Numbered from the stretch's first letter, positions 32,498 through 43,346 are shown. The stretch: 64,000 bases of DNA from an uncultured delta proteobacterium (GCA_963713045.1 CAVQKE010000006.1:160001-224000), one strand, 5' to 3'. Notes: generated by a model not told the origin, from the letters alone. A program made the numbers and translations.

Positions 32498-35400
32498 ATG
32501 GCCCTCGTCCCCGGTATGAAGGTGCGCTACCTGCCGCAGCCCGAATGGGGCGTGGGGCACCTGGTGCGCCTGTCGACGGACGGGGGCAAGGCGGAGGTGG
32601 TGTTTCCCGGCCGGCCCGAGCCCACCATTGTCTCCACCAAGGCGGGCGCCCTGGTGCCGCAACCCCTGGGGACGGGAGACCGCATTCACACCGCCAAGGG
32701 GCGCCCGGGGCTGGTGACGGGCGAGGTGCCCGGCGGTCGGGGCCTGCGCCGGTATGAAGTTCGCTTTGATGATGGCGCCGAAGACGAGCTTCCGGAGTCC
32801 GAAGTGCACGCCGAGCCGCCGCCGCCGGACGTGCTGGCCGCCCTGCGGGAGGGCCGGGTGGCCAACGCGCGGGCCTTCCTGCTTCGCCGCCGGGCGCTGC
32901 GGCTGGACGAGGAGCGCCGCAACGACGCCCTGGGCGCGCTCTTGGCATCCCGGGTGATGGTGAAGCCTCACCAGGTGGGGGTGGTGCAGCGGGTCCTCTC
33001 CGCCCGCGCGCCGCGCTTCGTGCTGGCGGATGAAGTGGGCCTGGGCAAAACCATCGAGGCGGGCATGGTGTACTCCGCCCTCCGGCTTTCCGGGCTGGCC
33101 GCCCGGGTGCTGGTGGTGGTCCCCAGCCACCTCACCGTGCAGTGGCTGGCTGAGCTCTTCCACAAATTCAACCAACTCTTCACCCTGTTGGACAGCGAGC
33201 GCCTGGCCGCCAGCCGCGAGGAGCAGCCCGATGTCTCCCCCTGGGCGCGCTTCCCCACCGTTGTGACCAGTCTCGAATTGCTGTCCCGCACCGAGGCCCT
33301 CTCCAGCGAGGCGGCCGCGGCCGGCTGGGACCTCGTCATTGTGGACGAGGCACACCACCTCCGCGGGGAAGCCGCCTTCCGGGCCATCTCCTCCCTCGCC
33401 GTGCGCAGCTGGGGGCTGCTCCTCCTCACCGCCACGCCGATGCAGCTCGACCCGGAGGAATACCGTCGGCTGCTCACCCTGCTCGAGCCGACGACGGCTC
33501 CCACCGCGGCGCAGCTGGCTGAGCGGTTGGCCCGCCAGGAACAGCTGACTGAGGTGGTGCGTGCCTTACTGGCCTCCCCCGAAAAGACGCCGGCCGCGGC
33601 CCTGGCGGCCCTTCGGGCGCGCTACCCAGACGATGCCCGGCTGGCGAAGCTGCGTGAGCCGGGCGCGCTGCTGAGCCACTTGGCGGAGACGTACAGCCTC
33701 TCGGACAGACTCATCCGCAACCGGCGCGCCCGCGTCGGCGGCTTCAGCGAGAGGCGGCTGCACCGTCACCCGGTGCGCCTCTCCGAGGACGAGCGCGCGG
33801 CGCGAAGCGCCGTGTTGGCGGCCCTGGCCGAGGGGCCTTTGCGAGGCGCCGCCTTGGCCGGGCTGTTGCGCCGTCTGGACTCCTCGGCGGCAGCCTTCGC
33901 GCAGGCAGCGCGCGCCGTGCCGGCCCTCAGCCCCCTGGCCAGCCGCTTTGCAGCGCGCGACGCGAAGTTTCTGGCGCTGCTGGCGCTGGTGCGAGACGTC
34001 TGGGCGCGCGAACCTGGTGCCAAAGTGCTGCTCTTCACCGAGGCCCGGGAGACGCTGGAAGCGCTGCGGGACTTGCTTCGCGCCGAGGGGGTGGAGGCGC
34101 TCGGCTACCACGGAGACTTGGCCCTGGTGGAGCGGGACCGGCAGGTGGCGCGCTTCCGGGACCCAGACGGGCCCCTCCTCCTCATCTGCACCGAAGTCGG
34201 CGGCGAGGGCCGCAACTTCCAGTTCGCCCACCATCTCGTCCACTACGACTTGCCCTGGAGCCCGGCCACCGCCGAGCAGCGCATTGGACGGTTGGACCGC
34301 ATTGGGCAAACCCACCCGGTGGACATCCACGTCTTCGACGTTGAGGGCACCCTGGCCGCAGACGTGCTGGCGCTGCTGGCCGACGCGGTCGGCGTCTTCG
34401 GCGAGACGGTGGGCGGGTTGGACGCGGTGCTGGAGGGGGTGGAGTCCCGCCTGCTGCAGCTGGCGCTGGAGCCGGCGGGTGCCCGGGCCCGCTACCGCGA
34501 GGAGTTGGCCCGGGCGGTGTCCGCGGCCCGCGCGGCGGCCCGCCAGGCGTATGACCCGCTGCTCGACGTCCGCAGCTTCGACAAGGAGGCGGTGGAGGCG
34601 CTGCTGACGCGGGCCCAAGTCCGTCTCGGAATTGAGCCGGACCCCGAGTCCAGCCTGGAGGATGGGCTGTGGGGCGTGGCACGTGACCTCGACGAGCGGC
34701 TGGAAGAGGCGGTGACCGAGCTCGCCGAGCGGGTGGGCATTGGCGTCGACACCGACCGCGAGGTGAATGCCTTCCAATGCGCCTTTCACTTTGGGCATGC
34801 CCTCACCGTGGAGGCGCTGCCCGGCCTGGACGTCAGCCAGGAGAAGACGGTGCTTGGCACCTTCTGGCGCGATACCGCGGTGGAGCAGGAGGAGATTGAC
34901 TTCTTTGCCACCGGCCACCCGGTGGTGGAGGCCCTCTTCGGCTTCCTTCGCGACGGACCCTACGGGCGCACCGGCTTTCGCGGCATTCAGCGCCGCGGCG
35001 CCAAGCGCGCACGGGGGATGGAGGTGCTGTTTCATCTCGTCCCACCGGAACCCGAGGACACCTCCCCCGGCGCGCGCGTCCCCTCGCGCCAGCTGGCCCG
35101 CTTTCTGGACACCGGCCTGATTCGCGTGGCGGTGGTGGCCGGCCCCACCGGCAAGCCCCTCGTCGACCCCAGCTTCTTGGAAGTCCTCGAGGAGGAAGGG
35201 CGCGGCCTGCCGGCCGACCAGGTTCGGGCGGCCTTCCCCGACTTGGCCACCTTCGTCGACGCCGGCGTGGCCGAGGCGCGCCGTGCTGCCGAGGACCAGC
35301 TTGCCACCCTGCGGGCGCGAGCCCGGGAGGCACTCATCGCCGAGCGCGACCTCACCCTGGAGCGCCTGGGCCGTGCCCTCCACCACCAGGGCGTGGCGGA

Positions 35401-35518
35401 GAAGACGGTGGCCGCGCAGCTTGCTTTGGAGCGCGCCTACGCCACCACCCTCGAGCAAACGCTGCAGAGGGTGACACTGCAGCTCGACTCGGTGTGCGGC
35501 TTCGTCGTCGACCACTGA
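32498..35518 (+). CDS. rapA: SNF2-family helicase, RapA/HepA-like
   Basis: PEWGVG N-terminus, LADEVGLGKTIEA, DEAHH, TATP, EGRNFQFA, EQRIGRLDRIGQ. Confidence 0.85.
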   Translation: MALVPGMKVRYLPQPEWGVGHLVRLSTDGGKAEVVFPGRPEPTIVSTKAGALVPQPLGTGDRIHTAKGRPGLVTGEVPGGRGLRRYEVRFDDGAEDELPESEVHAEPPPPDVLAALREGRVANARAFLLRRRALRLDEERRNDALGALLASRVMVKPHQVGVVQRVLSARAPRFVLADEVGLGKTIEAGMVYSALRLSGLAARVLVVVPSHLTVQWLAELFHKFNQLFTLLDSERLAASREEQPDVSPWARFPTVVTSLELLSRTEALSSEAAAAGWDLVIVDEAHHLRGEAAFRAISSLAVRSWGLLLLTATPMQLDPEEYRRLLTLLEPTTAPTAAQLAERLARQEQLTEVVRALLASPEKTPAAALAALRARYPDDARLAKLREPGALLSHLAETYSLSDRLIRNRRARVGGFSERRLHRHPVRLSEDERAARSAVLAALAEGPLRGAALAGLLRRLDSSAAAFAQAARAVPALSPLASRFAARDAKFLALLALVRDVWAREPGAKVLLFTEARETLEALRDLLRAEGVEALGYHGDLALVERDRQVARFRDPDGPLLLICTEVGGEGRNFQFAHHLVHYDLPWSPATAEQRIGRLDRIGQTHPVDIHVFDVEGTLAADVLALLADAVGVFGETVGGLDAVLEGVESRLLQLALEPAGARARYREELARAVSAARAAARQAYDPLLDVRSFDKEAVEALLTRAQVRLGIEPDPESSLEDGLWGVARDLDERLEEAVTELAERVGIGVDTDREVNAFQCAFHFGHALTVEALPGLDVSQEKTVLGTFWRDTAVEQEEIDFFATGHPVVEALFGFLRDGPYGRTGFRGIQRRGAKRARGMEVLFHLVPPEPEDTSPGARVPSRQLARFLDTGLIRVAVVAGPTGKPLVDPSFLEVLEEEGRGLPADQVRAAFPDLATFVDAGVAEARRAAEDQLATLRARAREALIAERDLTLERLGRALHHQGVAEKTVAAQLALERAYATTLEQTLQRVTLQLDSVCGFVVDH

Positions 35519-35624
35519 CGCCGCCCGGGCGGCTAACCTTGGTGACGTTCCCCCTCCCCGGGGGTAGCACCGTCCCCCCGGGGGGGCATCGGCAACCCTG
35601 TCGTCCTTGCTGGAGGTGAAGCCC

Positions 35625-36545
35625 ATGCGCCGTTGTCTGGTGGTTGCCCTTGCCGTGCTGAGGATGGCTCCGGCCGCCGCCGCGGACACAGCGCCCCAGC
35701 CGGTGACGCTGCTCGTCCTCGGCTCAGGCGGCCCGAGACTTTCCAGCCGCGCCTCGGTGGGAAACCTCCTCCTGGTGGACGGCAAGGCGCGGGTGTTGGT
35801 GGACGCTGGCTCCGGGACGTTTGTCCGTGCCGGCGAGGCGGGGATTGACCTGTCGGACTTGGAGGCCGTGCTGCTGACCCACCTGCACGTCGACCACTCC
35901 GGAGAACTGGCCGGCTTCGTGAAGGCCCTCGGTCTCGACGCCACTGGCACCGTGCACCTGCGGGTCCTCGGCCCCACCGGCAGCGCGCGCTTTCCCTCCA
36001 CCTCGGCCTTCATCGAAGGCCTGTTTGGGCCCCGGGGGCTGTACCGGTACCTGCGCGACTTCGGCGCGGAGATGCGCGTCGTGGGTGTCGACGTCCCGGC
36101 CAAGCTGGGCTCGCCACCTCGGACGCTGGTGCTGGCCAAGGACTTGTCCGTCACTGCGCAGGCCATTCACCACGGCGACGCGCCGGCGGTGGCCTTTCGC
36201 CTCGAAGTGGCCGGGCGCAGCGTGGTGTATTCCGGCGACATCGACGCCTCGGGGCTGCCCTCCCTCGCGCAGCTGGCCAAGGGGGCGGACCTCCTGGTGG
36301 TCAGCTGCGCGGTGCTCGACCCTCCGGATTCACCGGCCGCCCTGTACCAACTGCACAGTCCGCCCAAGCTGCTCGGCGAGACGGCGGCCAAGGCCGCGGT
36401 GGGGGCACTGCTTTTGACGCACCTGCCACCGGCCGTCGTCAGCCAACAGGCCGAAGTGCTGGCCTCGGTGCGCAAGGCCTACGCCGGGCCCGTCACCTTC
36501 GCCGAGGACGGCCTGCGGGTTAGCGTCACCGCTTCCGGTCGATGA
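35625..36545 (+). CDS. Secreted MBL-fold hydrolase (RNase Z/AtsA-like)
   Basis: GGAGG RBS; signal peptide; LGSGGP, DAGSG, THLHVDH, YSGD, LTHL. Confidence 0.88.
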   Translation: MRRCLVVALAVLRMAPAAAADTAPQPVTLLVLGSGGPRLSSRASVGNLLLVDGKARVLVDAGSGTFVRAGEAGIDLSDLEAVLLTHLHVDHSGELAGFVKALGLDATGTVHLRVLGPTGSARFPSTSAFIEGLFGPRGLYRYLRDFGAEMRVVGVDVPAKLGSPPRTLVLAKDLSVTAQAIHHGDAPAVAFRLEVAGRSVVYSGDIDASGLPSLAQLAKGADLLVVSCAVLDPPDSPAALYQLHSPPKLLGETAAKAAVGALLLTHLPPAVVSQQAEVLASVRKAYAGPVTFAEDGLRVSVTASGR

Positions 36546-36570
36546 AGTCCCGCTGGCGCTGGCGCTGGCC

Positions 36571-37560
36571 TTACCCTCCCACCTCGAGGACGGCCGCCCC
36601 CCGAAAGCGCCCGCGTCGCAGTGCTTCCAGCGCCTCATTGGCCCGTGCCAGTGGGAAGACCGTCACCTCCGGACGCACCGGCACCCGGGGGGCCAGCTGC
36701 AGAAACTGCAGGCCGTCCTCGCGGGTGAGGTTGGCCACGCTGCGCACCAGCCGCTCCTGCCACAGCAGCTTGTACGGGAAGGAGGGAATGTCACTCATGT
36801 GGATGCCGGCGCACACCACCTTGCCGCCCGGGCCCACCGCCTCCAGTGCGCGCACCACGAGGCTTCCCACCGGGGCAAACAGCAGGGCGGCGTCCAGCGA
36901 CTCTGGCGGCAGCTCGCTCGAGCCGCCGGCCCACTCCGCGCCCTGGCTGCGCGCAAATTCCTGGTCCGCCAGGTCTCCGTCCCGGGTGAAGGCAAACACC
37001 CGCCGGCCCTGGTGGCGGGCCACCTGCGTGATGAGGTGGGCGGAGGCACCGAAGCCATACAGCCCGAGCTTCTCGGCGCTGCCGGCGAGACGGAGGGCGC
37101 GGAAGCCGATGAGGCCGGAACACAACAGCGGCGCCGCGTGGACGTCGTCGATGCCCTCCGGCAAGGCAAAGCAGTAGCGCGCGTCGGCCACCATCCGCTC
37201 GGCGTAGCCGCCGTCCAGCTGGTAGCCGGTGAAGAGGGCGTTGGGGCAGAGGTTTTCCCGGCCGGTACGGCAGTAGAGGCACACCCCGTCGGTCCAGCCG
37301 AGCCAAGGCACACCCACCCGCTGCCCGACGGCAAGGTGGGTCACCTCGCCGCCCCGTTCCACGACACGCCCCACCACCTCGTGTCCCAGCACCAGCGGCA
37401 GCTTGGGCTGGCCCAATTCCCCGTCGAGGATGTGGAGGTCGGTGCGGCACACCCCGCACGCCGACACCGCCAGCCGCACCTGCTCCGGCCCCAGCGCCGC
37501 CTCCGGCAGCGTGCGCAGGGCCAGCGGCTCACCGGCGCGCTCGAGCACCATGGCCTTCAT
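36571..37560 (-). CDS. Zinc-dependent alcohol dehydrogenase
   Basis: CGVCRTDLH, GHEVVG, APLLCSG, YGFGASAH. Confidence 0.93.
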   Translation of the reverse strand: MKAMVLERAGEPLALRTLPEAALGPEQVRLAVSACGVCRTDLHILDGELGQPKLPLVLGHEVVGRVVERGGEVTHLAVGQRVGVPWLGWTDGVCLYCRTGRENLCPNALFTGYQLDGGYAERMVADARYCFALPEGIDDVHAAPLLCSGLIGFRALRLAGSAEKLGLYGFGASAHLITQVARHQGRRVFAFTRDGDLADQEFARSQGAEWAGGSSELPPESLDAALLFAPVGSLVVRALEAVGPGGKVVCAGIHMSDIPSFPYKLLWQERLVRSVANLTREDGLQFLQLAPRVPVRPEVTVFPLARANEALEALRRGRFRGAAVLEVGG

Positions 37561-38024
37561 GTCGCACCCTGCAGCGCCTTGCGTAAGAAGACGGCCTCGC
37601 CCCAGGGGCGGGGTGCGCGTTTGAAAGCTTGGTAGCCGAGGCTTCGGTAGAGGGCCAGCGCGGCGGCATTGGTGGGCCGGGTGCTCAGCGTCAGCACGTG
37701 AATTCCGCGCGTCTTGGCCTCCGCCTCGGCGAAGCGTGTCAGCAAGCGACCGAGCCCTCGACGGCCCACCGCCGCCGTCACGGCGAGGCTGGTGACGGCC
37801 GCGGTGGTGTGCCCGTCGGCGACTTCTGGGTCTTCGTCCACGAAGTCCAAGGCGACCATGGCCACCACTTCGTCGGCCAGTTCGGCCACCCACATGGCGC
37901 GCGCCCCCTGCTTCACGGCTTCAAACCAGTCCGGCACCGCCTCCGCATCCCAACCCGCTTCCAGCCGCAGTGCCCGGAGCCGGTGTGCGTCGGCGGGGCG
38001 GGCCGGCCGCACCAGGGGCCTCAC
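37557..38024 (-). CDS. GNAT acetyltransferase
   Basis: LAV....RRGLGRLL, NAAALALYRSLGY. Confidence 0.9.
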   Translation of the reverse strand: MRPLVRPARPADAHRLRALRLEAGWDAEAVPDWFEAVKQGARAMWVAELADEVVAMVALDFVDEDPEVADGHTTAAVTSLAVTAAVGRRGLGRLLTRFAEAEAKTRGIHVLTLSTRPTNAAALALYRSLGYQAFKRAPRPWGEAVFLRKALQGAT

Positions 38025-38644
38025 GACGTCTCGAGCAGCCAGTGCACGGCGGTGGCGCACACCGCGTCGAACTCGCGCTGCTTCCCGGTGAGGAGGTGGT
38101 CGGCCTCCGGCAACTCGAAGAGACGCGCGTGGGGAATGCGCGCCACCAGGGCACGGACGTCCTCAATGGACGCAAATTCGTCCCGGAGGGCCTGGATGAC
38201 GGCCACCGGCTGGTGCAGCGACTCGGCCACCGAGAGGTCGAAGAGACGGGTGGCCATGCCCACTGCCAGCACCCGCGCCACGCGGGGCTCCACCGCTGCC
38301 AGCTCGAGCGCGGTGCGTGCGCCGAAGCTGAAGCCGGCGACGGCGAGGGGAACTCCGGGCACTTGTCCTTCCAGCCAGTCCAAGGCGGTGCGGGCATCTT
38401 CAAGTTCTCCGGGCCCACTGTCGTAGGCGCCGGTGGAGGCGCCCACGCCGCGAAAGTTGAAGCGAAGGACGCTGCAGCGGGCCGTCCTGAAGGCTGCTGC
38501 CACGCGGTAGGTGACGGTGTTGTGCAGGTTTCCACCGGCCAGTGGGTGCGGATGGCACACCAGGGCCGCGCCCCGCGGCGCTTCCTGGGTCCAAAGCATG
38601 CCCTCCAGGTGGCCGTGGGGGGCCGGAATGTCGACCTGTGCCAC
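38021..38644 (-). CDS. Alpha/beta hydrolase (COG2945-like)
   Basis: CHPHPLAGG, RFNFRGVGAS, GFSFG, ADH. Confidence 0.9.
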   Translation of the reverse strand: MAQVDIPAPHGHLEGMLWTQEAPRGAALVCHPHPLAGGNLHNTVTYRVAAAFRTARCSVLRFNFRGVGASTGAYDSGPGELEDARTALDWLEGQVPGVPLAVAGFSFGARTALELAAVEPRVARVLAVGMATRLFDLSVAESLHQPVAVIQALRDEFASIEDVRALVARIPHARLFELPEADHLLTGKQREFDAVCATAVHWLLETS

Positions 38645-38876
38645 AAGCCAAAGGTTAGGACGTCGAGGCCGGAGCTGTCTTGGCCGGCCGCGGTGGAAGC
38701 TGGGCGCCCCCGCCGCCCCCAAGGCACTTCGGGCGAACAGCGGACCAAGGTGTGTCTTGTCAATTCCGGTACCGCGGAAGCCTGGTGGTTGCGACAGCCG
38801 CCCGGGAACGACGCTGGCGTTGCGAGGGGCCCTGCGACATCGGTGTGGCCCCAGGGGGACACCGCGACCCGAGGCC

Positions 38877-39425
38877 TTACGGCCAGAGCTGGCTTCGCAG
38901 CGTCCGGGCGCGCGTCTGCAGCTCAGGGTCCATGCTGGTCAACTCAATGGATTTGAGGCGCTCGTCCAAACTTCTCGGCAGTTTGGTCTTCAGCTTGCCC
39001 TCGTCGTTGAGGGCCTCGAGGCGCGCCAGCGCCAGGCCCACCACCCGCTCGCGGGGATGGTCCAACAGCGAGTCGAGGAAGTAGGGGTCCTCTGGCAGCT
39101 CGGGGTATTTCTCCAGGTAGTCGAGCACTCCCTGCACCCAACTCTTTCGGTCCATCTCCCGCAGCTGAAGCATCGCCTCGCGCTGGGCCTTCCGTTTCCC
39201 TTCGGGGTCGAATGTCTTGGCGAGGCCCTCGGGGAGCTCCCCGCCCTTGAAGAGGGCATCGGCTGCAATCTTGTACCGGCTGTAGCTGGCGCTGCGCTCG
39301 ATGCGTTGCTGGGCCGGGTCGTCCTGGCGCGAGTGGTACTTGCTTTTCCCGCGCTGGGCATCAATTTCTCGCCAGCTCTTGTTGCGCTTCCCGCTGAATC
39401 CGCCGCCCTCGTCGTCCTTGGGCAT
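38877..39425 (-). CDS. Hypothetical protein
   Basis: Clean ORF, MPKDDEGG..KSWREIDAQR; helical C-terminus. Confidence 0.75.
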   Translation of the reverse strand: MPKDDEGGGFSGKRNKSWREIDAQRGKSKYHSRQDDPAQQRIERSASYSRYKIAADALFKGGELPEGLAKTFDPEGKRKAQREAMLQLREMDRKSWVQGVLDYLEKYPELPEDPYFLDSLLDHPRERVVGLALARLEALNDEGKLKTKLPRSLDERLKSIELTSMDPELQTRARTLRSQLWP

Positions 39426-39439
39426 GTCTTCCACCACCT

Positions 39440-40177
39440 TCACGTGCGCCGCACAGCCCACAGGGCCGCGACGAGCTTTCTCATCCATTCCCGCAGCGCG
39501 GCGCGTTCCTCGGCCGCGACGGGCGCTTCCTCGTTCTGCTCGGCCTCGAAGAGCGCTTCGTCCGCGTAAGTCAGTAACGCGGACGGGCCCCCGTCGCCTT
39601 CGGGGCTTTTCGTCAACGCCGCGGGGTTGACCCGGCCCGGCGCTGCCCTGCACCCCAGCTCGAGCATCGCATGCAGCTCGAAGGCCAGTTCCTGCAGGAC
39701 CCCATACCCTTCATCGGATAGGGCCTGTTCGTCAAGAAAGGTCAACAGGCTGTCCTGGCGATTCTCAAAGGAATGCAACAGGCGGGTGCGCGCCCTTGCG
39801 TCCTGGGCCAAAAAGCGCCTGGCGGTTTCCACCCACGCCGAAGTCGGCGTGGCGCCGGCCCAGGGCCCGGGGGGGAGGGGCCGGGCAGTCTTGGGCCTTG
39901 GCCCAGCAAGCCGCAGGTTGACGTCGTCTTGACAGAGGTCCCACAGGCCGAGGAGGTTTTGGAAGAGCCGCCGCGCCTGGCCCGGGTCCCGAAAGCGCGG
40001 CTCCTCGGGAAACAGGGTGGGGATGACGTCGCTTGGCGCGAGCCCGGACTTCCGGGCCTGGCGGAACTGCCCCAGCACCTCCTCGGGCCCGTACGGAGAG
40101 CCGCCCTCTTCCAACAGGTCGGCCAACACGGCCGCGCCTTCGAAGCGCCGTTCAAAGGAAGCTTTGCTTCGGGTCAT
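39440..40177 (-). CDS. Hypothetical protein
   Basis: Clean ORF in the operon, LFPEEPRF..LFQNLLGLWDL. Confidence 0.75.
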   Translation of the reverse strand: MTRSKASFERRFEGAAVLADLLEEGGSPYGPEEVLGQFRQARKSGLAPSDVIPTLFPEEPRFRDPGQARRLFQNLLGLWDLCQDDVNLRLAGPRPKTARPLPPGPWAGATPTSAWVETARRFLAQDARARTRLLHSFENRQDSLLTFLDEQALSDEGYGVLQELAFELHAMLELGCRAAPGRVNPAALTKSPEGDGGPSALLTYADEALFEAEQNEEAPVAAEERAALREWMRKLVAALWAVRRT

Positions 40178-40279
40178 GCCGTTTTGAAAGTCACCGGCGG
40201 ACGGGAGAAAAAGCATCGCTCCAAAGGCCGCGTGCCGTCGAGAGGTCCGGCCCGCCAGCAAAGGGGCTCTTGCGACGGG

Positions 40280-42094
40280 CTAAGACTCGGCCGACGCTGG
40301 ACGTTCCGCTTCCTCCACCAGCGCGGCGCCTTGGCTGAGGAGACGTGCGTAGACGCCCCGACGCGCCACCAACTCAGCGTGCGTCCCCTGTTCCACCACC
40401 CGGCCCGCCTCCAGCACGTACAACACGTCGGCGTGCCGCACCGTGGACAGACGGTGGGCGATGACCAGCGTCGTCCGGCCCACCATCAAATCCCGAAGCC
40501 CCGCGCGAACCTCGGCCTCTGCGGCCGCGTCGAGCGAGCTGGACGGCTCGTCCAGCAGCAGCAGCGAGGGCTGGCGCAAAAAGGCGCGCGCAATGGCGAG
40601 CCGCTGGCGCTGGCCACCAGAGAGCCGCCCGCCGCGTTCCCCCACCTCCTCGTCGAGTCCGCGGGGAAAGCTGCGGACGAAGCCCTCGGCATGGGCCAGC
40701 CGCAGGGCCTCCCACACCTGGGCCTCTGTCGCCTCGGGCCGGCCCAACAGCACCGCATCCCGAACCGAGCCCGAGAAAAGCACCGGCTCCTGCGCCACCC
40801 ACGCCATCTGCGTCCGGAGACCGGAGGGCCGCAGCGTCCGGACGTCCTCTGCGTCCCACAGGATGCGCCCGGAGGACACGTCAACAAAGCCGAGGAGCGC
40901 CGCAAAGGCGGTGGACTTGCCCGCGCCTGAGGCGCCCACCAGCGCTGCCGTTTTTCCGGCGGGGACGTCGAGGGTGAGGCCGGCCAGCGCCTCGTCGCGG
41001 CCCGCAGCATAGCGGACGCGCACGTCCTCAAAGCGCACCGCGCGGCGCAGCGGCGCTACCGGAGCACCGACGTCCGGGGGGCGGGGGAGTGCTTCCAGCT
41101 CGAGCAGGCGCTCGGCGGCGCCCAAACCGGTCAGGACTTGGGCGAAGGTGCCGGAGAGAGACTTCAGCGGTCCGTACATCAGCATCACTGCGCCCACGTA
41201 GCTCAACAGGTGCGTCGCCAGCGGCGGGTCTTGTGCCACCGCCCGCGCCCCCACCGCCAGGGCCAGGGCCAGCCCACTGACGCCGAGCACCTCCACCGTT
41301 GGGCTGGCGGCCCCGCGCAACAGCAGCGAGCGGTCCATTTCGCGCAAGTACAGCTGCTGTTCCGCGTCGAAGCGCTGCCTGGCTTGGCCCTCGGCGCCGT
41401 AGGCCTGAAGAATGGGCAGGGCATGCAGCTGCTCGCCGACCAGGGCCGTCAGTCGGCCGAGGCTGCCCTGTGTCGAGCGGGCCGCGCGCTTCACGGCGCG
41501 GGCAAAGCGCAGCACCGGCACCAGCGTCACCGGCAGCACGACGAAGGAGAGGATGAACAGGCGCCAGTCCAGGGCGGCGCACAGCACCAGCAGCGCCAGC
41601 AGCTGCAGCCCCTCGCGGACGTAGGAGGTGAGGCCCTGCGTCACCGCAAATTCCAGTTGGGCGACGTCGGCGGTCAGGCGCGCCACCATGTCGCCCGACG
41701 AGCGGTCCTCCAGCGTCCGCGGCGGCACCCACACCAGGTGCTCGAAAACCTCGGCTCGAAATGCAGCCAGCACCCGTTGCCCCACCGACTGCATCCAACC
41801 GGTTTGTAGAAATTGAGCGGTCGCCTTCACCAATGCCGCGGCCACCACCGCCAGCGGCAGGACCCAGCGCCAGGCGTGGGTTTGCAGCTCGACCGGTCCC
41901 AGCTGGACGCTGCCCCCAAGCAGCACGCCCTTCAACAGCGGTCCCACCAGCCAGGCATAGGTGGCCGCCGCCGCGGCGGAGATGGCCGCCGCCACCAGCG
42001 CCACCATCACCCGCAGGCGGTACGGACGTAGCAGGCCGAAGAGCCGCCGAAGCGGGGTGGCCAGTCCAGAATCAGGCGTTATAGTCACTTGCAC
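40280..42094 (-). CDS. MsbA-like ABC exporter (TMD plus NBD)
   Basis: Multi-TM domain, GASGAGKS, LSGGQRQR, LDEP, IAHRLSTV; start uncertain. Confidence 0.92.
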   Translation of the reverse strand: MQVTITPDSGLATPLRRLFGLLRPYRLRVMVALVAAAISAAAAATYAWLVGPLLKGVLLGGSVQLGPVELQTHAWRWVLPLAVVAAALVKATAQFLQTGWMQSVGQRVLAAFRAEVFEHLVWVPPRTLEDRSSGDMVARLTADVAQLEFAVTQGLTSYVREGLQLLALLVLCAALDWRLFILSFVVLPVTLVPVLRFARAVKRAARSTQGSLGRLTALVGEQLHALPILQAYGAEGQARQRFDAEQQLYLREMDRSLLLRGAASPTVEVLGVSGLALALAVGARAVAQDPPLATHLLSYVGAVMLMYGPLKSLSGTFAQVLTGLGAAERLLELEALPRPPDVGAPVAPLRRAVRFEDVRVRYAAGRDEALAGLTLDVPAGKTAALVGASGAGKSTAFAALLGFVDVSSGRILWDAEDVRTLRPSGLRTQMAWVAQEPVLFSGSVRDAVLLGRPEATEAQVWEALRLAHAEGFVRSFPRGLDEEVGERGGRLSGGQRQRLAIARAFLRQPSLLLLDEPSSSLDAAAEAEVRAGLRDLMVGRTTLVIAHRLSTVRHADVLYVLEAGRVVEQGTHAELVARRGVYARLLSQGAALVEEAERPASAES

Positions 42095-42112
42095 TCGTCA
42101 GGAGCCTACAGA

Positions 42113-43219
42113 TTGCCCGCGGCAGCAGCTCGGAAGCGCGACTACTACGAAGTCTTGGGGGTAACACGGCAAGCCTCGGCGCAGGACCTCAAGTCCGCCT
42201 ACCGGAAGCTGGCCATGCAGTACCACCCCGACCGCAACCCCGAAGACAGGGCGGCCGAAGAGCGCTTCAAGGAGGCCTCTGAGGCGTACGAGGTGCTTTC
42301 CGACCCAGAGAAGCGTGGCCACTACGACCGCTTCGGCCATTCGAGCGTGCCGTTTGACTTCGGCGGCTTCTCCAGCTCGGGCATCAACGACGTGCTGTCC
42401 GAGATTTTCGGCGACATTTTCGGCGGCCGCACGCGCCGGGGCGGGCGTTCTCGGGGCTCGGACCTCCGCTACAACCTGGAGCTGTCCTTCGAGGAGGCGG
42501 CCTTCGGGACCGAAGTCTCCGTCAAAATTCCTCGCCCCAAGAAGTGCGAGGGCTGTGAGGGCACCGGGAGCAAGGACCGGCAAGTCCACCGCTGTACGGC
42601 CTGTGGCGGCTCGGGCGAATTGCGCCACACCCAAGGCTTTTTCTCGGTGAGCCGTCCCTGCGGCACCTGTGGCGGCACGGGCGCAGTGGCCACGACGCCC
42701 TGCCCCAAGTGCCGCGGCGCGGGACGCACTGAATCCGAGACGACGCTGTCGGTGAAGATTCCGGCCGGCGTCGACAATGGGACCCGGGTGCGCTTGGTGG
42801 GCGAGGGCGAACCGGGCGAGCTGGGCGGTCCGCCGGGAGACCTTTACGTCGTGGCACACGTGAAGGAGCACCCCATCTTCGTCCGGGAGGACGCCGAGGT
42901 GCTGTGCGAAGTGCCCATCTCCTTCGCCCAGGCTGCCCTCGGGACCCAGCTGGAGGTCCCCACCTTGGAGGGCAAGGTGAAAATGCGGGTCCCCTCCGGC
43001 ACCCAGTCCGGCAAAGTGTTCCGCCTCAAGGGCAAGGGCATTCCCCACCTGCACGGCGGCGGCCGCGGCGACCAGCACGTGCGGGTGGTGGTGGAAACGC
43101 CCACCGACCTCAGCTCCAAACAACGCGAATTGCTGGAGCAGTTTGCCGAGTTGAATGGCGAGCGCTCTCAGCCCCAGGTGAAAAGCTTCCTGGAAAAGGT
43201 ACGCGAGCTGTTCGGCTGA
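42113..43219 (+). CDS. dnaJ: Molecular chaperone DnaJ
   Basis: J domain with HPD, G/F region, four CxxCxGxG repeats, C-terminal domain; AGGAG RBS before TTG 42113. Confidence 0.96.
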   Translation: MPAAAARKRDYYEVLGVTRQASAQDLKSAYRKLAMQYHPDRNPEDRAAEERFKEASEAYEVLSDPEKRGHYDRFGHSSVPFDFGGFSSSGINDVLSEIFGDIFGGRTRRGGRSRGSDLRYNLELSFEEAAFGTEVSVKIPRPKKCEGCEGTGSKDRQVHRCTACGGSGELRHTQGFFSVSRPCGTCGGTGAVATTPCPKCRGAGRTESETTLSVKIPAGVDNGTRVRLVGEGEPGELGGPPGDLYVVAHVKEHPIFVREDAEVLCEVPISFAQAALGTQLEVPTLEGKVKMRVPSGTQSGKVFRLKGKGIPHLHGGGRGDQHVRVVVETPTDLSSKQRELLEQFAELNGERSQPQVKSFLEKVRELFG

Positions 43220-43346
43220 GGGGCCAAAGCCCTTGGCGGGTGCCCCCCGACGGGCGCTTGACTGGCCGGCGGTGTGCAAGCAAGTGCATCCAGGGGGGTG
43301 CGTTGAAACGGTGGGCCGCCCCGGGGCTTCTGCTATGCCACCCTCC

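Noticed and set aside
33566..36166. Long antisense ORFs (for example 866 aa here, and 46583-48169, 15494-16951, 13359-15263)
   Set aside because: Shadow frames of well-supported genes in high-GC DNA; no motifs.
38645..38876. 230-bp intergenic region as ncRNA or riboswitch (TTGACA and repeated TGTCGCA on minus strand)
   Set aside because: No recognisable RNA family motif or convincing -10 box; would need an Rfam scan.
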